A stretch of 27,580 bases of DNA, taken from NCBI GenBank assembly GCA_964551725.1, contig CAZKED010000018.1:1-27580 (forward strand), in the 5' to 3' direction. This stretch comes from an uncultured archaeon (GTDB lineage Archaea; Iainarchaeota; Iainarchaeia; Iainarchaeales; DTGL01). The position numbers and the translations under genes are program-made. Below, piece by piece: positions 7,047 through 14,072 of this stretch (positions are counted from its first letter, which is position 1; each line of letters begins with the position of its first letter). Below the pieces are notes generated by a model, which was not told the origin of the DNA, made no database searches, and saw only the letters and a list, made by a program, of their open reading frames with translations.

Positions 7047-8782
7047 ACGGCGGGGAAATAAGCGGTTTTTTCAGTATTGGGGAAAAGGACAAGCAAGTGT
7101 TGCTCTACTCTCCGGACAAGGGCATTGCCGTAAAACTAAAAAAAGACGAGTTAAGTTCACTAAAGAAAAAAGAAACAGCCGGAAAGGAGTTGAGCGAGCG
7201 CATTGAAGAGATGCAAGCAGTAAGAATAGGCGGCTCATTGCTTCAGGGCAGAAAGGACAGCGCCTCCATAGGATTACTGCTGACAACAGCATGCAATTCC
7301 GACTGCCTTTACTGTTATGCAAAATCCAGGCGAAAGCCAATCAGCATGGACTTTGAAACAGCGAAGAAGGGCATTGATTTTGTGACAAAAAACCAGCCCG
7401 GCTCTCTCGAACTCCTGTTCCATGGCGGCGAGCCAACGCTTGAATTAAATTTGATGAAGAAAGTGAAAAGATATGCCGAGCAAAAAAGCAAAAACGTTTT
7501 CGTGGACATCCAATCCGGCGGCGTTTTTTCCGGGAAAGTGCTGGACTGGCTAAAGGAAAATGCGCATTCGGTGAAGATTTCCTGCGATGGTCCCCCGGAA
7601 ATCCAGGACATGCAGCGCCCCTTAAAATCCCCCAGAAAAAGCAGCCAAATTGTAGAAAACAACATAAAGGCGCTTGCAGAGAACCCTGAAACCAGGCTTT
7701 CGGTAAAAGCAACCGTGACGCGGCACTCAGTGAACAGGTTGGTTGAAGTGGTGGAATATTTTAACAGGCTCGGCGCTGAAACCATTTCAATGGACCCCTT
7801 TATTAAATGCGAGGAAAGCGAATTGAACGGCCTGAAACCGGTTAATCCCCTGGATTTTTCGGCAAACTTTTTGAAAGCCCGCGAGTTCGCTGAGAAAATT
7901 GGGGTGCAGTTATTCTCCTCGTTTCTGCCAATTTACAGGAGAACTTACGCCTGCGGTTTTTGCATTCCGCAGTTTTGCCTGACCCCCGACGGACTCGTTT
8001 CCGCCTGTCTGGCAAAGCTTTCTTCGGCAATAGGACCGCAGGAATTTGCATACGGAAGGCTTTCGGGAAAGGGCTTTGAGTTCGATGAGAGAAAAATTAA
8101 AAGGATATCAGGCAGGAGAATCCAGAACATGGAGGCGTGCAATAATTGTTTTTTGAGGCACACATGCCTCGGCGGCTGTGCCGCCGAATGCCTAATGGAA
8201 ACCGGGAGCATTTTTACTCCTTCAAAAGAGAAATGCCTCGCTGTAAGAGAAACCGTAAAAAAATACATTGAGTCAAAGGCAGAGAAGGAACTTGGTAATC
8301 GCAGTTCTTTTTTGAGAAATGAAAGTGGCAGGGAGTATTTGCCAATGCATTTCTCCGACTTTGAACTGAGCGAAACCGTGCCGTCCAGGATATTTTCAAA
8401 AAACCCCCTCGTTAAAATTTCCCTTTCCCGCACCGATTTAGAAAAATTGCGGGGCAAGATGACGAAATACAGGGAGAAGAAAAAATTCAAACCCGTGTTT
8501 TTTGCGCTGCGTTTTGACGTTTCAGAAAGGGACCTTGTTTCTGGGCAGGGAGTAAGAGTCTGGGAGTTTTTGGAAAAACTGAAGAATAACAAAGTGCGCT
8601 TTTTTGTTTCAAAGACCTTTTTTCCCTGCATGTTCGAGACCGGTTACCAGAAATTTTTGGACGAGTTCTCCTTTTTTGACGAGAAAACGGAAGCCAGCCG
8701 AAAAACAGGGAACGCGCCTGGAAAATGCAGGGAATGCGTTTATTTTTTCAGGGGGCGCTGCAGAGGGTTTTTCAGCGGCTGA
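7043..8782 (+). CDS. Radical SAM/SPASM domain protein 4 (paralog of rSAM1) with extra C-terminal Cys-containing domain
   Basis: CNSDCLYC, FHGGEPT, SCDGPPEIQ, CGFC..DGLVSAC..CNNCFLRHTCLGGC..KC. About 160 extra aa end in PC..CRECVYFFRGRCRG. The TTG start overlaps the YcaO stop (TTGA). Confidence 0.9.
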   Translation: MNGGEISGFFSIGEKDKQVLLYSPDKGIAVKLKKDELSSLKKKETAGKELSERIEEMQAVRIGGSLLQGRKDSASIGLLLTTACNSDCLYCYAKSRRKPISMDFETAKKGIDFVTKNQPGSLELLFHGGEPTLELNLMKKVKRYAEQKSKNVFVDIQSGGVFSGKVLDWLKENAHSVKISCDGPPEIQDMQRPLKSPRKSSQIVENNIKALAENPETRLSVKATVTRHSVNRLVEVVEYFNRLGAETISMDPFIKCEESELNGLKPVNPLDFSANFLKAREFAEKIGVQLFSSFLPIYRRTYACGFCIPQFCLTPDGLVSACLAKLSSAIGPQEFAYGRLSGKGFEFDERKIKRISGRRIQNMEACNNCFLRHTCLGGCAAECLMETGSIFTPSKEKCLAVRETVKKYIESKAEKELGNRSSFLRNESGREYLPMHFSDFELSETVPSRIFSKNPLVKISLSRTDLEKLRGKMTKYREKKKFKPVFFALRFDVSERDLVSGQGVRVWEFLEKLKNNKVRFFVSKTFFPCMFETGYQKFLDEFSFFDEKTEASRKTGNAPGKCRECVYFFRGRCRGFFSG

Positions 8783-8794
8783 AGCACACCAGCC

Positions 8795-8821
8795 AAAAAA
8801 CAGCACAGCCGTCCGCCGTGC
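8795..8821 (-). terminator. Hairpin plus U-tract on the minus strand at the end of the rSAM/YcaO operon
   Basis: Minus strand reads GCACGGC-GGACG-GCTGTGC-TG-TTTTTT. Confidence 0.45.
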
Positions 8822-8903
8822 AGCCCATGGGTGGAACATGCAACATAGCAGAATTAGGTCAATGATGTTCATTTAAATTTTTTTCTGTCTTCTCTGTAAT
8901 GGG

Positions 8904-9305
8904 TTGGTGTCTGGTTTGGTTGGAAAAAAATGGAAAATAGCCATTGCCGCCATTTTAGTGGCGTTTGCTTTTTTATTTGCATTCCTCTTCCTCCAAATGC
9001 GGCCAATTGTTATATGCCTGGATGAGCGCCGGGTAACGGTGGAAATGGGGCCCACGGTTGAGTCAATCTTTGAAGACACGCCCCACGAATACAAAGACGT
9101 CAATTTTTCTGACTATTACGTCCATTTGGTCAACGGAACATGCGATGTGGTGATGGACATTTCCCCCACACAGGAAAGGGAGGAAGTAATGCTCTTTTCC
9201 AAGGAAGTTAAAGACGACTTTTTCTTTGCGTTTAGGAAGGGAGATCAATCACTGAAGGAAAAGGTTGACCTGGCGATAGATAATGTGAACTCGCAGAGTC
9301 AGTGA
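8904..9305 (+). CDS. Membrane-anchored, internally shortened family-3 solute-binding-protein-like protein
   Basis: N-terminal TM helix. LVNGTCDVVMDISPTQEREEVMLFS and FAFRKGDQSLKEKVDLAI resemble the N- and C-terminal parts of SBP_bac_3. The start codon is uncertain (TTG/GTG). Confidence 0.65.
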   Translation: MVSGLVGKKWKIAIAAILVAFAFLFAFLFLQMRPIVICLDERRVTVEMGPTVESIFEDTPHEYKDVNFSDYYVHLVNGTCDVVMDISPTQEREEVMLFSKEVKDDFFFAFRKGDQSLKEKVDLAIDNVNSQSQ

Positions 9306-9355
9306 ATCTTTATTAGTTTTCAGCCCAAGGTTTCAGCAAGAGGAAATAGCAATTC

Positions 9356-10987
9356 GTGGAACAAATGGCAGAATGGCTTTTTGGATTGAGCAGGGCTTTT
9401 GTAATACATGTATATCCCTTCTTCGTAATCCTTTCGTTTTTGGTTTTTTTTTCATTCATCGCCCTGAATTTTGATGAAATCAGGGGAAAAATAAAAATCG
9501 GGAGAAAGGCGCTCTTGATTTTAGCATTACTGCTTTTAGCAGGACTTGTTCTCAGGATTGCAATACTTACCCCGAATATTGGAATGTTCAGCAGCAGCTG
9601 GGAGCACAACCTTGCCGCGAAGGAATTCGCAAGCACGGGCGCTCTTTTTAACTGCGGAAAAGGCACTTTCAGCGAATGCCAGGGCATAATGCTCCTCACC
9701 CATCCGGGCGGCTATACGGTGATTCTGTCAATGTTCCTCCTTGCAGGCGGCTCCCTGGAACAAATGCTCTTGGTCCAAGCAATTGCCAGCGTACTGACCG
9801 CCTTTGTCCTGTTTTTTTTAATATTTGCTCTGACAGAAAAGGCTTTTCCCTCGCTTATTGGAAGTTCGGTTTTTCTTTTTTTGGAGATTTCATATTACTG
9901 CGCGCCTATCGCGGATTGCGCCGTATCCGTATTCAACAACCTTTTCATTGCATTGATGCTTTTTTTCCTTTTTTACGCATGCAAAAACAAAACAAGGAAA
10001 GCGCGTTCGCTTGCGCTCTTAAGCATTGGGGTTCTGGCTTTTTTCCTCATTGAAAACATTTTAGCAATCGCACTCGCTTTCTTTGCAATACTGCTTTTCT
10101 GGAAATACAATTTAAAGAAACTTAAAGAAAACCCTTTTTCCCTGTTCTTTCTCGCTTTTATGGTTTCAACACTGCTTGTTTTTGTTTACAGGGACTGGGT
10201 TTATGCCGGGTTATTTACAAGCCTTTTCGCCCCCGAAAACTTTTTGGGCAATCTGGACTGGCTGTTTCTGATGTGGACTCTCCATTTCGCCCCTTACATT
10301 TACTTTTTTCCCCTGGCACTCGGCTTGATGCTGCTGAGTAAAGAAACGCGGAAACACTCAATATTTTTCGGATTGTGGTTTTTATTATTCAACCTGCTCT
10401 TCCTATTCTTTGAGTTGGGACCCGCTCCCAGGTACCTGCAGATTACCCTTATCCCTTTTTCAGTAATTTGCGGCATTGGCGCGTGGATTGCCGTACAAAA
10501 AATAACCGAAAGGATAAAGGTAAGGCATGCAAGCGCAGTTTTGGCTTTATTTTTCTTGCTCGCGGCATTTTATCCGGCAACCATGGCGCAGAAGACAGTG
10601 TTCAGGTTTAATACGTCCCAGGAATTGTTCGAGGCAATGGACCTCATTGACGACCCGGAAAAAAGAATTATTTTCCCCAGCATTAATACTGCCTGGGAGG
10701 CAATATACGGAAGGGAAGAAACCTTCTCTCTTCCCATGGTGTTCTTGACCGCGGATGATTTTAACAAAAACCTGTATTTCATTGACACCGGCAGATGCGA
10801 CCAACCGCGCTGGAGCCAATGGGTCAGGAGCGACTGCGAGGTGATGCGGGAAAACAGCGAGAGGTTTTTTGAATACAGGGGGCTCACGGTTTACAAAGTA
10901 AAAAAGGACGAAAAAAGCAGGGAAGACATACTCAGACATTTTTCCACACCAGAAGCAAACAAGGTCTACCGGTTGTACGAGCCCTGA
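9356..10987 (+). CDS. Polytopic membrane protein, probable GT-C fold glycosyltransferase (PMT/ArnT-like)
   Basis: Many hydrophobic helices, LRI..WE..A loop, HPGGY motif, PRYL motif and a soluble C-terminal domain. Confidence 0.7.
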   Translation: MEQMAEWLFGLSRAFVIHVYPFFVILSFLVFFSFIALNFDEIRGKIKIGRKALLILALLLLAGLVLRIAILTPNIGMFSSSWEHNLAAKEFASTGALFNCGKGTFSECQGIMLLTHPGGYTVILSMFLLAGGSLEQMLLVQAIASVLTAFVLFFLIFALTEKAFPSLIGSSVFLFLEISYYCAPIADCAVSVFNNLFIALMLFFLFYACKNKTRKARSLALLSIGVLAFFLIENILAIALAFFAILLFWKYNLKKLKENPFSLFFLAFMVSTLLVFVYRDWVYAGLFTSLFAPENFLGNLDWLFLMWTLHFAPYIYFFPLALGLMLLSKETRKHSIFFGLWFLLFNLLFLFFELGPAPRYLQITLIPFSVICGIGAWIAVQKITERIKVRHASAVLALFFLLAAFYPATMAQKTVFRFNTSQELFEAMDLIDDPEKRIIFPSINTAWEAIYGREETFSLPMVFLTADDFNKNLYFIDTGRCDQPRWSQWVRSDCEVMRENSERFFEYRGLTVYKVKKDEKSREDILRHFSTPEANKVYRLYEP

Positions 10988-11057
10988 AAATCCGTGTTTT
11001 GACGCATTGCCGGAACAGTAAAGCAAAAAAAAGGTTTATGCCCTTCATATTACGGAA

Positions 11058-11507
11058 ATGGAGACTGAAGAACCAAAGAGAGGGGCATTGCTGCCAGTTG
11101 CTTTTGTTTTAGCTTTTCTGGCAGTTGGAATTATCGGCTTTTTTTTGGGATTCTGGAATTATGGGGAGGAGGAAAGCATTCCAGGCGCGGAGGAGGCAGA
11201 GGCGGACGGGTGCGTTATCAATTACGGCAGGGCGGAGTGCATCAATGGAAGAGCCGTCATTCCGTTCTACAATGCCGGGGAAAAGACAATAAAATCAGTG
11301 CATGTTTATTTGCCTGTTTCCAACGGAACCGACATATTCAATGTAATTCAGCCGCTTCAGGTGATGGAAGCAAAAAGCCTGACAGCGTCTGCCTGCTCTT
11401 CGGTCAGCGACTTCAACAAAATAAGGGTAAAATGGTGCTGTGAGAAATGCTATGAGGCGGAAATGGATTCCCCAAGCGAACAGGTAAATGTAAAAACCGC
11501 AGGCTGA
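11058..11507 (+). CDS. Surface protein with class III (type IV pilin-like) signal peptide
   Basis: KRG|ALLPVAFVLAFLAVGIIGFFLGFW fits the PibD-type cleavage pattern. Beta-rich domain (YNAGEKTI) with six Cys and an NGT sequon. Confidence 0.55.
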   Translation: METEEPKRGALLPVAFVLAFLAVGIIGFFLGFWNYGEEESIPGAEEAEADGCVINYGRAECINGRAVIPFYNAGEKTIKSVHVYLPVSNGTDIFNVIQPLQVMEAKSLTASACSSVSDFNKIRVKWCCEKCYEAEMDSPSEQVNVKTAG

Positions 11508-11522
11508 AAACGTGTTCCCGGT

Positions 11523-11789
11523 TTAAATCGGGGACTTCTTAATCAGTGAAAGAACGTAGCTGGAGAATTCGAATGCAATGTTTTCAGCTTCTTTTTTGTT
11601 CCTGGGCTTTAAAGTGATTTCGAAGTATTCTTCTTTTCCCTCTTTTTTTACTTCAATGTTTTTGCCGACTTCCGCAATCGCGGTATCCACAATTTCCTCG
11701 GGATATAATTCCTTTCTCAACCTGAGCGTTACCTCTCCCGTTTTTTCACTTGCATCCATTCTTTCACTTGTCCCGGCATTCATTTTCAT
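11523..11789 (-). CDS. Short HxsD-like protein
   Basis: Pattern LRKELYPEEIV..YFEITLKP..IAFEFSSYVLSL parallels the N-terminal part of the upstream HxsD. ATGA overlap with the upstream stop suggests translational coupling. Confidence 0.65.
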   Translation of the reverse strand: MKMNAGTSERMDASEKTGEVTLRLRKELYPEEIVDTAIAEVGKNIEVKKEGKEEYFEITLKPRNKKEAENIAFEFSSYVLSLIKKSPI

Positions 11790-12241
11790 TTGCTTTTTTT
11801 CTTTTCGCTTTCCGCAGGGTTCTCCAGCCCTTCCGCTTTTTCCGGCGTCCAGGGCTCGGCGATTCCCTTGGGGTCATCAATGCGGGGTTCTCCTTTGCCG
11901 GTGGATGCGCCTCCGGTGCCTGCTCCCATATTAGTCGCAAATGCCCTTTTGATTATTGCTTCCCTCACAGCCTGATTGCGTGCAGCCTGCACCACGTACA
12001 CGGAATAATTAATCAATTCGTCCTGGAATTTAAGTGCAAGTTCTTCCAGTTCATTTTTTTTAAGTTTTTTCTTTGGTCTCATCAGAACCTTTATTTCTTC
12101 TTCCGGGTTGCCGTCAAGTATGAAATAGGCCCTGTCAAGCAATACGTAAGAAGCAGCATAAATGACCTCCAAGGCAAAAACCTTGGGGTTCACGGAAATC
12201 ACCGCAGTGTTTTCCTTCGGCTTCAATTCAATGTTTTTCAT
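11786..12241 (-). CDS. hxsD: His-Xaa-Ser system protein HxsD-like
   Basis: VNPKVFALEVIYAASYVLLDRAY..KFQDELINY..VREAIIKRAF plus a DDPxGIAxPW tail, matching my recollection of the HxsD family. Confidence 0.72.
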   Translation of the reverse strand: MKNIELKPKENTAVISVNPKVFALEVIYAASYVLLDRAYFILDGNPEEEIKVLMRPKKKLKKNELEELALKFQDELINYSVYVVQAARNQAVREAIIKRAFATNMGAGTGGASTGKGEPRIDDPKGIAEPWTPEKAEGLENPAESEKKKSK

Positions 12242-12294
12242 AATGGAATAGGCGTTAGAAATAATTAAAAAGTAACTATATTAAAGCGCGAACT

Positions 12295-12603
12295 TCATTC
12301 AATCAGTTCAATTTCCACGTGCACGTTCTCGGGAATTTCAACCCGCATTACCCTGCGCAGCGTCCTTTCATCGGACTCAATGTCAATAATCCTCTTGTGG
12401 ATTCGCATCTGCCACTTTTCATATGTTTCTGTCCCGCCGCCGCACGGGCTCTTGCGCGTGGGCACGACCAGCTTTTTGGTGGGCATGGGAACAGGGCCGG
12501 AATATTTTACGCCAGTGCGCTTCGCTACATCTATTATTTTCCTGCCTATTTCGTCGACTTCCTTGTAATCAGGGCTCGTGAGCTTAATGCGCGCTTTCTG
12601 CAT
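12295..12603 (-). CDS. rpsJ: 30S ribosomal protein uS10
   Basis: ARIKLTS, SGPVPMPT, RKSPCGGG, IHKRIIDI. Confidence 0.98.
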   Translation of the reverse strand: MQKARIKLTSPDYKEVDEIGRKIIDVAKRTGVKYSGPVPMPTKKLVVPTRKSPCGGGTETYEKWQMRIHKRIIDIESDERTLRRVMRVEIPENVHVEIELIE

Positions 12604-12666
12604 TTGAAACCACTAAGAAAAATTGTAACAATAGGTTTAAAAAGAAATAGAAAAAAAGGGAAAGCG

Positions 12667-13932
12667 TTACTTTTTTGGAGTAACGCTTATGACCATCCCC
12701 GCGGCAACTGTCTGCCCCATGTCCCTGATTGCAAACCTGCCCAGCTGGGGGAACTTTTTGTATTCCTCCACAACCACGGGCTTTGTTGGCTTGACTTTGA
12801 TTATTGCTGCGTCGCCGGTCTTTAGGAATTTGGGGTTTTCCTCTTTGACAGCGCCAGTCTTCGGGTCCAGCTTTTTCTGTATCTCCGTAACCTGGCAGCT
12901 TAACTGCGCGGTGTGAATGTGGAAAACCGGGGTATAATTCACGGGTATCGCAGTGGGATGGCTCAATACTACCACTTGCGCTGTAAATTCCTCGGCAATT
13001 GTGGGAGGATTGTTTGCCGGTCCGACCACGTCGCCTCTCTGCACGTCCTCCCTTCCCAATCCGCGCACGTTAAATCCAATGTTGTCTCCTGGCTCGGCTT
13101 TCTCCAGCTGCTCGTGGTGCATTTCAATCGTTTTCACTTCCCCTGTTTTTCCGCTGGGGCTCACTGTTATTTTGTCCCCTGGTTTCAGCACGCCGGTTTC
13201 AACCCTGCCGACAGGAACAGTGCCAACACCTTTGATGTTGTAAACGTCCTGTATTGGAAGCCTCAGGGGCTTGTCCACCGGGACTTCGGGAGCCTTTAGG
13301 TTGTCCAGTGCTTCAATAAGTGTTGGTCCTGAAAACCAGTCAAGCTGTCCCTTCTCCTTCACAACGTTGTCGCCCTTCCAGGCAGACGTGGGAACAAAGT
13401 TGATGCTGTCAGGCTTGAATCCCACTCCCGTGAGCAGTTTTTCAAGCTCCTTTTTGAGTGCTTCGAACTTTCCCTTATCGTAGTTCACTTCGTCCATTTT
13501 GTTTATTGCGACAATGAGCTGCTTTATTCCCATGACCTGTGCGAGAAAGGAGTGCTCTTTTGTCTGGGGTTTAATGCCTTCTTTTGCAGCCACGACAAGC
13601 ACGGCAGCGTCAGCCTGGCTTGTTCCCGTAATCATGTTTTTGACAAAGTCTTTGTGACCGGGAGCATCAATTATTGTGAAATTGTTCTTCTTTCCCTTGA
13701 ATTTTTTGTACGCAACGTCGATAGTAAGTCCGCGCTTCCTTTCCTCTTTGAGCCTGTCCATTGCATAGGCAAAAGCAAAAGTGCCCTTTCCCTGCTCTTT
13801 TGCCTCCGCTTCCAGTTTCCTGTACTCCTGCTCGCTCAGCGAGCCGGAATCGTACAGAAGCCTGCCTATAAGTGTCGATTTTCCGTGGTCGACGTGTCCT
13901 ATGAACACCAAGTTTAACAGCTTTTCAGCCAT
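12667..13932 (-). CDS. tuf: Translation elongation factor EF-1alpha
   Basis: [33 protein letters not shown]. Start ATG at 13932 with AGGAGG upstream. Confidence 0.98.
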   Translation of the reverse strand: MAEKLLNLVFIGHVDHGKSTLIGRLLYDSGSLSEQEYRKLEAEAKEQGKGTFAFAYAMDRLKEERKRGLTIDVAYKKFKGKKNNFTIIDAPGHKDFVKNMITGTSQADAAVLVVAAKEGIKPQTKEHSFLAQVMGIKQLIVAINKMDEVNYDKGKFEALKKELEKLLTGVGFKPDSINFVPTSAWKGDNVVKEKGQLDWFSGPTLIEALDNLKAPEVPVDKPLRLPIQDVYNIKGVGTVPVGRVETGVLKPGDKITVSPSGKTGEVKTIEMHHEQLEKAEPGDNIGFNVRGLGREDVQRGDVVGPANNPPTIAEEFTAQVVVLSHPTAIPVNYTPVFHIHTAQLSCQVTEIQKKLDPKTGAVKEENPKFLKTGDAAIIKVKPTKPVVVEEYKKFPQLGRFAIRDMGQTVAAGMVISVTPKK

Positions 13933-13988
13933 ACACAGATGCCTCCTTCTCACTATTTTAAAAACACTCTAAAAGTTAGAGATAAAAA

Positions 13989-14022
13989 GGTTTAATAATA
14001 TTGATTAAACCATTAAATTTAA
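13989..14022. promoter_or_regulatory. Putative tuf promoter with 8-bp inverted repeat
   Basis: GGTTTAAT-N7-ATTAAACC (13989-14011) next to TTTAAA boxes in the EF2-EF1A spacer. Confidence 0.45.
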
Positions 14023-14072
14023 ATAATATTGGCTGTTTTTCGCCTTTTTGTGCCCTTTTCCCGCCCGACAAT

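Noticed and set aside
8609-8872. 87-aa minus-strand Cys-containing ORF as a second precursor
   Set aside because: It is mostly antisense to rSAM4, is interrupted by a terminator-like hairpin/U-tract, and has no repeat or leader features.
12242-12294. tRNA gene after rps10, as in some archaea
   Set aside because: The spacer is only 53 nt of AT-rich sequence with no cloverleaf. I saw no tRNA or rRNA anywhere in the window.
1-12294. The accessory region as a mobile element or genomic island
   Set aside because: No integrase, transposase, att-like direct repeat or obvious compositional break is visible, and the left boundary is outside the window.
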